Assembly: GCA_020633325.1 (NCBI GenBank)
Contig: JACKDX010000001.1
Span: 1,587,301 to 1,651,300, forward strand
Length of the DNA: 64,000 bases
Source of the DNA: Myxococcales bacterium
Lineage (GTDB): Bacteria > Myxococcota_A > Polyangia > Polyangiales > GCA-016699535
Direction of reading: 5' to 3'
Below are positions 28,581 through 34,944 of this stretch, in pieces. A model generated the notes under the pieces. That model was not told where the DNA came from, ran no database searches, and saw nothing but the letters and a program-made list of their open reading frames with translations. Both the position numbers and the translations under genes were made by a program. Each line of letters begins with the position of its first letter. Position 1 is the stretch's first letter.

Positions 28581-28589
28581 CCCGGGCCC

Positions 28590-28955
28590 TTAATCCTCAG
28601 GGTCAGCGACGAATAATTCGTCGCCCTCGATGCTGAAAGCAAGCGGACGAAGAAAGGCGCCCCTACATGGTCCGCCTTCGCAATAGCCATCCTCTGGGCG
28701 ATAGATGGCGCCGTGGGTCGAGCACAGTAGGTGGGTACCTTCCCTGTTCCAGAACAGTCCCGAACCCGCATCAAGGGGAATGGGCAGATGTTGACACTCG
28801 TTCAGATAAGCTCGCAGTGTTCCGTTCTGGTCGCGGAGTACGATGGCGGAGCGCGGCTGGCCGTACCGACCGGGACTCAGCCTCACCGCCATGGCCTCCT
28901 TAAGCCCTAGGGTGGCCGGCTGGCAGGCGTAACCGGGTGAAATTGGCGCATTCAC
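28590..28955 (-). CDS. small Rieske [2Fe-2S] domain protein
   Basis: Rieske ligand boxes CQHLP (CxH) and CSTHGAIY (CxxH). 121 aa. ATGA overlap with the phosphoesterase gene. Last gene of the sulfur operon. Confidence 0.85.
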   Translation of the reverse strand: MNAPISPGYACQPATLGLKEAMAVRLSPGRYGQPRSAIVLRDQNGTLRAYLNECQHLPIPLDAGSGLFWNREGTHLLCSTHGAIYRPEDGYCEGGPCRGAFLRPLAFSIEGDELFVADPED

Positions 28956-29647
28956 GGGAATAATGGCTCCTTTTTCCCGCGATCGAGGTAGACATTTTTT
29001 GCCGAAACCGATATAATACGCCGCTCCGGCAGCGCCAGCGCCGTCAACTCGCCCCCGTAGACACAGCCGGTGTCTAGTCCGTAGGCCCAGGGATGCCGTT
29101 GAAGGCCCCGACGCGCGTCATGGCCAAACACCACGCATTCGGGCCCTTCCCATGTGCTGGCCCAAGGCACCCCCATTGTGGCAAGGGGGCTCGGCGTTCC
29201 ATCGGGCAAGATACTGCGCAGGGTAGTCAGCTGCGCGGGGTCCTGGGCTTCCAAAGGTATACCGGGCACGATCCCCGCATGCACCACCGCCACCCCATAC
29301 GTTTCGAGCCGCAAGTAGAATGGCTTCTGCCGAAGCCAAGCAACATCGTCTCTGCTGAGCGATTGGGCGGCAGTGACATGGCTCTTTGTCGCACGAGGTG
29401 GAGGCTCTCCTTTATCTAAGTGTTGTCGGATTTCGAGCACACGGACATCATGGTTTCCAAGTACGGTGCGGGCGCTTAATGAGCGCGCCATTTCGACTAC
29501 GCCTTGCGAATCAGGCCCCTTGGCGACCAAGTCTCCAACAAACACCACACTATCTCCCGGTTGGTACTCACATCGCTCAAGGAGGATGCGCAGCTCTTCT
29601 GCACATCCGTGGACATCGCCGATAATGAGAGCGCGTGAAGCAGCCAT
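28952..29647 (-). CDS. calcineurin-like metallophosphoesterase (ApaH/PrpE-like)
   Basis: Motifs IIGDVHGC, FVGDLVAKGPD, LGNHD, HAG and GHD. The start codon overlaps the aprB-like stop by 1 nt. Confidence 0.85.
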   Translation of the reverse strand: MAASRALIIGDVHGCAEELRILLERCEYQPGDSVVFVGDLVAKGPDSQGVVEMARSLSARTVLGNHDVRVLEIRQHLDKGEPPPRATKSHVTAAQSLSRDDVAWLRQKPFYLRLETYGVAVVHAGIVPGIPLEAQDPAQLTTLRSILPDGTPSPLATMGVPWASTWEGPECVVFGHDARRGLQRHPWAYGLDTGCVYGGELTALALPERRIISVSAKNVYLDRGKKEPLFP

Positions 29648-29988
29648 TAGAGGTTCGGATTAAAGGGTGGGGTGCCAGTTGCGGGGGTCTCGTATCGTGT
29701 TTCCGTACCATCCCGGCGCCGAATCCTCCAGACCGTCTTCGGTTTAATGGCGCGGCCGCGCAGCGTGACGCCCTGCACAATGACCGCCGTTGGGAGTTGC
29801 ATATGGATCGCTTGCGTGGGGCACACTTTCACGCAGGCTGCGCAGTCCCAGCATTCTGCATTGCTTCGAATCGTGGCCTTGCGGTGCGGCAACAAAATCA
29901 TGAGATCTCCGGGGCAATCCCGGACGCACATAGGCTCCTCAGCCCGTCCACATCCGTTGCATAGCTCGTGATCGACAAATATCCCCAT
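29647..29988 (-). CDS. aprB: AprB-like adenylylsulfate reductase beta subunit (2x[4Fe-4S] ferredoxin), short form
   Basis: Cluster motifs CNGCGRAEEPMCVRDCP (Cx2Cx7Cx3CP, the spacing I recall for AprB) and CWDCAACVKVCP. 113 aa, so it lacks the long C-terminal tail of classical AprB. Directly downstream of the aprA-like gene. Confidence 0.75.
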   Translation of the reverse strand: MGIFVDHELCNGCGRAEEPMCVRDCPGDLMILLPHRKATIRSNAECWDCAACVKVCPTQAIHMQLPTAVIVQGVTLRGRAIKPKTVWRIRRRDGTETRYETPATGTPPFNPNL

Positions 29989-29997
29989 AACAACATT

Positions 29998-31743
29998 CTA
30001 CGCGTGCCGAATGACCGCGCCGTCGTCCAGCGCCGGCAACACGACCTCCAACGCTTCACGTTCCACTGGCCGCTCGCGCATCTCGATACGACCATCCGCA
30101 TGTTGGATGCTGTTGACGAACACCATCCACCGCGCATCATCGCGCATGGGATAATCAAGTCTTTCTTGATAGCAATGCCAACGCGTCTCCTTGCGGTGCA
30201 GCATATGTTCCACCAACACCATGGCGACGGTCACGCGATCGATGACTTCGTGTGCGTGCATGAGCCCATAGCTGCTCTCGGCACAAAGCGAGCGCAAATC
30301 ATCCGACAGCCGTCTGAGATGCAGACGCGCTAGCGTGAGCTCACCTTCCGAGTATCCGTAATCGACGGCAATGCCCCCGGCGTACTCATCCATGATTTTC
30401 TGTAAGCGCTCTTCGAGGTCTTTGGGGTCCACTCCTTCTTTTTGGGCCAGCGGGGCGAATACCCGCTGCTGCTCTTTGACGAGCTCGGTGGTTGAGATTG
30501 GCACAAGCGTGCCTCTTCGCGCCTCGTTGATCATGTCGCGCACAGCCAAGACCGCCTCCGCCCATGCGCCGGGCGCGTACTTTTTCGGGCAGCCTCCCGT
30601 AACGTCGCCCGCCGCCCATAGACCTTCACGGGTCGTGCGCCGCCGGGTATCGACCCAATAACCGCTAAGGCCATGGCCGCCAACGACCAAAGGTTCGCCG
30701 CCCGTGACCTCGATGGGTGCCATATGACCGTTGACTTTTGCGTAATACGCCTCATCCGACATGATCATAGCAGCCGCAGGGGCCATCGAGAGGTATGCGG
30801 CAATGGTCCATTCGAGCCGCTTCGGATCGACGCCCCGCAAATCCAGATAGCAAGGGCCGCGACCTGCGCGCCTCTCGAGGAGCGTCGCATACAAGCGGTC
30901 TTGGGTTGTCATGCGGATGCCGCCCAGCTCGCCATAGTATTTGTCGAGGTACGCCTCGCCCTTGGCGTTGATCTGAGGGGCGCGAAGCCACTGGGCGATT
31001 TCGCCTGTCGGTGCAATAGCATCCTTGATGCGCATGGGAATAAAGCGGAACTCAAAGGAGGTCATCTCGGCACCGGTGCGAATCCCCATCGCCAGCCCTG
31101 CGCCAGTATTGTAAGGCGAATACCACATCCGATGTGCGGCCGAGCCAGGGTTGTTCGGGCGATAAAGGCCCGCGGCCCCTCCCGTACATACCAAGACGGT
31201 CTTGGCGCGCACGACATAGAACGCACCATCACGCACGCCAAACCCATAAGCGCCCACGATGCGCCCCTCATGCGTCGCAAGACCGGTGACGTTCACGCGG
31301 TTGAAGATGCGCGCTCCAGACGCCTCAGCGCGCTTAGCCATTATGGGCTTGATACGTTCGCCAAAAATTTTTATGGATGCGCGACCGCGTTTCAACGGTC
31401 GACCCATTTCATCGCGCACGAGCGGAAGGCCCCAGCTTTCGACACGGTGGACCTGCTCATTGAGTTGCCGCGCCATGCTTAGCACTAGATCATCGCGCAC
31501 GACGCCGTGCGTATCGTGTTGGGTATAACGCAAAAATGATTCTGGCGTTTCGCCATGCGTCAGATACGCATTGAGTGCACTGATGCCGGCTGCCAGGCAT
31601 CCGCTACGGTAGATGTGAGCTTTCTCTAAGACGATCACATCGAGGTCCGGCGCTTGCTCAGACGCGTCCACTGCGGCCATGCATCCGGCAGCACCGCCGC
31701 CAATGATGAGCACATCGCACGAGAGCTCTACGGTGTCGCTCAT
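29998..31743 (-). CDS. aprA: AprA-like adenylylsulfate reductase alpha subunit (FAD flavoprotein)
   Basis: ORF trimmed to MSDTVELSCDVLIIGGGAAGC (ATGA overlap with mec). It matches my recollection of Archaeoglobus AprA along its length: LEKA..RSG..A.G.SA.N.Y, TGGA, RFIP.R.KD, LQKIMDEYAGGI and RKETRW...Y....DYP. Confidence 0.82.
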   Translation of the reverse strand: MSDTVELSCDVLIIGGGAAGCMAAVDASEQAPDLDVIVLEKAHIYRSGCLAAGISALNAYLTHGETPESFLRYTQHDTHGVVRDDLVLSMARQLNEQVHRVESWGLPLVRDEMGRPLKRGRASIKIFGERIKPIMAKRAEASGARIFNRVNVTGLATHEGRIVGAYGFGVRDGAFYVVRAKTVLVCTGGAAGLYRPNNPGSAAHRMWYSPYNTGAGLAMGIRTGAEMTSFEFRFIPMRIKDAIAPTGEIAQWLRAPQINAKGEAYLDKYYGELGGIRMTTQDRLYATLLERRAGRGPCYLDLRGVDPKRLEWTIAAYLSMAPAAAMIMSDEAYYAKVNGHMAPIEVTGGEPLVVGGHGLSGYWVDTRRRTTREGLWAAGDVTGGCPKKYAPGAWAEAVLAVRDMINEARRGTLVPISTTELVKEQQRVFAPLAQKEGVDPKDLEERLQKIMDEYAGGIAVDYGYSEGELTLARLHLRRLSDDLRSLCAESSYGLMHAHEVIDRVTVAMVLVEHMLHRKETRWHCYQERLDYPMRDDARWMVFVNSIQHADGRIEMRERPVEREALEVVLPALDDGAVIRHA

Positions 31744-32237
31744 AGGACCTGCATAACGGATTCCGTAAACCCATTGCTTCCTGCCACATGCACCCACAGT
31801 TTGCGATCCACGATGTTGCCGCCAAGCACGCTCATCACCAAAAACGCACACGGCCACATCAACTGGCCGTGAGCGGCAAACGTGGCTGCGTCTTCCTCGG
31901 AAAAATACGCGCCCGCATCGCAGTGCGAGTGATAAATGACCTTGATCGGGCGTCCTGTTGCGTTGCCCTCTTCGAAGCGCCGGGCTGCCCTAAGGGCATT
32001 AATCTTGAAATAGGTTTTTGAAGTGCGAGGAAATCGCTCTGGATCAAGGGCGTGGTATTTGTCCGCTTCGTTGACCTCAAAAATCGCCTCATCCACCAAG
32101 AGCGGTTGCTCCAAAGGCCCGCTCAAAAACCCGCAGCACTCGCTCGGATAGGCCCGAACGGCCTCTTCCTCGATTGCCGTCATGACCGAGCGCGGCAGAG
32201 TCAGGTTGCCATGAATCCACGGTGTCTCACCACTCAT
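31740..32237 (-). CDS. mec: JAMM/MPN+ metalloprotease (Mec-like)
   Basis: ORF trimmed to MSGETPW... Full JAMM motif: E in PSECCGF, then HSHCDAGAYFSEED (HxHx7Sx2D). The start overlaps the cysM end by 11 nt. Confidence 0.85.
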   Translation of the reverse strand: MSGETPWIHGNLTLPRSVMTAIEEEAVRAYPSECCGFLSGPLEQPLLVDEAIFEVNEADKYHALDPERFPRTSKTYFKINALRAARRFEEGNATGRPIKVIYHSHCDAGAYFSEEDAATFAAHGQLMWPCAFLVMSVLGGNIVDRKLWVHVAGSNGFTESVMQVL

Positions 32238-33162
32238 AATGTTTCTCCCAGCGCATGGGCGCGAAGTATCGGTCCCCCCGATCAGGCGCAATGGTGACAA
32301 TGCAGCCACGTCCGATACGCTCGGCGAGTTGTAGTGCGCCGCAAACGTTCGCGCCGGTCGAATGTCCAACATGCAATCCCTCCTCAGCCGCCAGTCGATC
32401 GGCCATGTCCCACCCGGCGTCGGTCCCGATACGCAAGAGCTCATCCGGCATTCTCGCGTCGTAAATATCGGGAATCATGGATGTTTCCATGTGTTTCAGC
32501 CCTTCAAGTCCGTGCAACGCTTCATCCGGCTCAAGGGCGACACATCGAATGCTCGAGCGGTATTCTTTCAGCCTGCGGCTTATTCCCATGAACGTCCCTG
32601 TGGTGCCAAGACCCGTGACGAAATGCGTCAAGCGATTCCCAACCTGCTCGATGATCTCTTGTCCGGTGCCGAGGTAGTGCGCCTTCGGATTCGAGGGGTT
32701 GCTATATTGATCGGGATAGAAATACGTCTCGGGTGAGGCGTCCACCAGCGCCCGACAGTGGTGAATGGCGCCGTCAGATCCCTCCATGGGGTCGCTGAAA
32801 ATCAGTTCTGTGCCAAATGCTTTGGCAATGTCCTTGCGCGCCTCAGAAACATTGGACGGCATCACGAGTTTGACGCGGTAACCCAAAGCCGCCCCAAAGA
32901 GTGCGTACGCCACGCCGGTGTTTCCGCTGGTGGCATCAATGAGTGTCTTCTGATGGTCGAGCCGCCCATCGAGCACGGCGTCGCGCATCATTTGTAACGC
33001 AGATCGGTCTTTCACCGAGCCGCCAGGATTTCTATATTCAAGCTTCAGATAGAGTTCCACATCCGGGAAGTTCTTTCCCACGTGCCGCAGCCGCACCAAC
33101 GGCGTCTCTCCCACGGCTTCGGTGATGTTACGCATCTGACGCGTGCGCGCAGGGTCGATCAT
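32227..33162 (-). CDS. cysM: PLP-dependent cysteine synthase, CysM-like
   Basis: PLP lysine motif NPGGSVKDR, plus TSGNTG and GLGTTGT. It sits between cysO-like and mec-like genes, the same gene neighbourhood as in M. tuberculosis. Confidence 0.88.
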   Translation of the reverse strand: MIDPARTRQMRNITEAVGETPLVRLRHVGKNFPDVELYLKLEYRNPGGSVKDRSALQMMRDAVLDGRLDHQKTLIDATSGNTGVAYALFGAALGYRVKLVMPSNVSEARKDIAKAFGTELIFSDPMEGSDGAIHHCRALVDASPETYFYPDQYSNPSNPKAHYLGTGQEIIEQVGNRLTHFVTGLGTTGTFMGISRRLKEYRSSIRCVALEPDEALHGLEGLKHMETSMIPDIYDARMPDELLRIGTDAGWDMADRLAAEEGLHVGHSTGANVCGALQLAERIGRGCIVTIAPDRGDRYFAPMRWEKHYEW

Positions 33163-33168
33163 GACAGG

Positions 33169-33459
33169 TCAACCATTCCCGGCTAAGCCTCCCGCAATGG
33201 CCGGCACGATGCTTAATGTATCGCCATCCTTAAGCGGTGTATCGAGATTATCAAGGAATCGGATGTCCTCTTCGTTCGCATAGATGTTAACAAATCGGCG
33301 TACGCCCTTCTCATCGCACAATCGATCCTTGACTCCGGGGTGGTGCTTTTCCAGATACTCAATCGCTTCTTTGACGTTGGCCCCGTCGGCCTGAACGATG
33401 TCCTGTCCGCCGGTGAGCGTCCGAAGTGGTGTAGGAATTCTTACGGTAATTGTCGCCAT
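33169..33459 (-). CDS. cysO: CysO-like MoaD/ThiS-family sulfur carrier with C-terminal GG followed by a 5-residue extension
   Basis: Resembles M. tuberculosis CysO as I recall it (IPT.LR..TGGQ...RFVNIY.N.ED.RF....DGD...I.PA.AGG). It ends ...PAIAGGLAGNG. AAGGA RBS upstream. Confidence 0.82.
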   Translation of the reverse strand: MATITVRIPTPLRTLTGGQDIVQADGANVKEAIEYLEKHHPGVKDRLCDEKGVRRFVNIYANEEDIRFLDNLDTPLKDGDTLSIVPAIAGGLAGNG

Positions 33460-33471
33460 GGTTTGTCCTTT

Positions 33472-34404
33472 CTAGTTTTCTTGAAAATACGTGTCCAAAC
33501 TAAAATATCGCTCTCCTGTGTCGCAGAGCACGGTGACTACCACGTGGTTTTCACCAAGCTCTTCAGCGAGCCTTGAGGCGATGGTCACATTGGCCCCGGC
33601 GCTGATGCCAACAAGAAGGCCTGCTTTTTCTGCAAGGGCTTTTTTTGCGCGATGCGCTTCGTAATCGGAGACACGTCGAATCTCATCCACCACGGTGGGA
33701 TCGAAGTTTCCCGGCACGAACCCCGCGCCAATCCCCTGGATTTTTGTTGGGCCTGGCTCGCCGCCCGATAATACGGGGCTGGTTTCGGGTTCCACAGCAA
33801 CTATCCTGCACGACGGGTAGTTTCGCTTAAGGACGCGGCCGACGCCCGTGATGGTACCTCCGGTCCCAACGGCGGACACAAAGGCATCCACCGGCTGTCC
33901 CTCGAGCGCACGCATGATTTCCTCCGCCGTGGTCTCGGCATGGGCAGCGGGGTTGGCGGGATTATCAAACTGCATGGGCATGAAAGCCCCGCGGCTCGCG
34001 ACGATATCCTTGGCCGCCTCGATGGCACCTTCCATCACCCGCTCGGCCTGGGTGAGGACTATCTCGGCGCCATACGCCTGCAATAACGCACGCCGCTCAA
34101 GCGACATACTCTCCGGCATCGTGAGCACCAAATGGTAACCCTTTACTGCGCAGACCAATGCGAGGCCGATGCCGGTGTTGCCGCTTGTTGGCTCGACAAT
34201 GGTATCCCCAGGACGGATTTTTCCCTCGCGTTCCGCCACTTCGATCATGGACAGACAAATGCGGTCCTTGACCGAGCCGCCAGGGTTCACGTGTTCCGCT
34301 TTTGCCCAAAGCGTTGCGGCGCCTTGAGGAGTGCAATGGGTCAGTTCCAAGAGCGGCGTATTGCCGATTAGCTCTAATACGGACTGTACTACGGGTGCGG
34401 CCAT
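33472..34404 (-). CDS. cysK: cysteine synthase A (O-acetylserine sulfhydrylase)
   Basis: Motifs IGNTPLL, NPGGSVKDR, PTSGNTGIGLA and GTGGTITG. The start lies 3 nt after the Rrf2 stop. Confidence 0.9.
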   Translation of the reverse strand: MAAPVVQSVLELIGNTPLLELTHCTPQGAATLWAKAEHVNPGGSVKDRICLSMIEVAEREGKIRPGDTIVEPTSGNTGIGLALVCAVKGYHLVLTMPESMSLERRALLQAYGAEIVLTQAERVMEGAIEAAKDIVASRGAFMPMQFDNPANPAAHAETTAEEIMRALEGQPVDAFVSAVGTGGTITGVGRVLKRNYPSCRIVAVEPETSPVLSGGEPGPTKIQGIGAGFVPGNFDPTVVDEIRRVSDYEAHRAKKALAEKAGLLVGISAGANVTIASRLAEELGENHVVVTVLCDTGERYFSLDTYFQEN

Positions 34405-34407
34405 GGG

Positions 34408-34860
34408 TTATATGACGTAGTTCAGGCGTCGCTCAGAGGCGCGACGAATCCCTAGCTGTTCGGCGTTTTGGGCCAGTTGTTCCATAGTGACGGCGTTAAA
34501 GCAGTTCTCGATTCGCTCTGAGAGTTCACGGAACGCGTGAATGATCACTTGACTCGAGCTTCCCGAGGATCTGGCTTTCGGCGACTCGGCCACGAGAGCG
34601 AGGGGCCCTTCAACTGCTCTCACCACATCCCCAACGCTGATGGCAGAGGCGGGACGCGCCAATCGATAGCCGCCACGCGGGCCGCGTTTCGAGGTCACCA
34701 AACCCGCACGCTTCAGGTCTTGGCATATCTGTTCCAAAAACCGCGACGGAATGGCCTGGCGCGCTGCAATGTCTTTGATCTGAGAGGCCTCTCCCTGGGT
34801 ATGAAAGGCCATGTCAAAGACGGCTTGTACGCCGTATCGGCCTTTGTTGGACAGTTTCAT
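34408..34860 (-). CDS. Rrf2-family transcriptional regulator without Fe-S cysteine ligands (CymR-like)
   Basis: ORF trimmed to MKLSNKGRYGVQAVFDMAFH, the typical Rrf2 N-terminus. Winged HTH IPSRFLEQICQDLKRAGLVTSKRGPRGGYRL. There are no cysteines in the region where IscR and NsrR bind their cluster. Confidence 0.82.
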   Translation of the reverse strand: MKLSNKGRYGVQAVFDMAFHTQGEASQIKDIAARQAIPSRFLEQICQDLKRAGLVTSKRGPRGGYRLARPASAISVGDVVRAVEGPLALVAESPKARSSGSSSQVIIHAFRELSERIENCFNAVTMEQLAQNAEQLGIRRASERRLNYVI

Positions 34861-34869
34861 CGCCGCTCC

Positions 34870-34898
34870 AAGATAGCGCGGCGCACCCTGCTGGTCAA
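34870..34898 (-). promoter_or_regulatory. candidate sigma-70-type promoter of the sulfur operon
   Basis: The minus strand reads TTGACC (34898..34893), 17 nt, TATCTT (34875..34870), inside the AT-richer 84-nt spacer after metH. It would give a very short or absent leader for the Rrf2 gene. Confidence 0.3.
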
Positions 34899-34944
34899 CC
34901 AAACCCTATCGGGTATGTCAAGAATAAATAAACGTCGGATAATA

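Noticed and set aside
31744-32444. N-terminal extensions in the ORF track for the aprA-like gene (to 31857) and the JAMM protease gene (to 32444)
   Set aside because: The extensions run through the 3' ends of the upstream genes. Internal ATGs give canonical N-termini (FAD motif soon after the start; a compact JAMM domain) and ATGA-type coupling.
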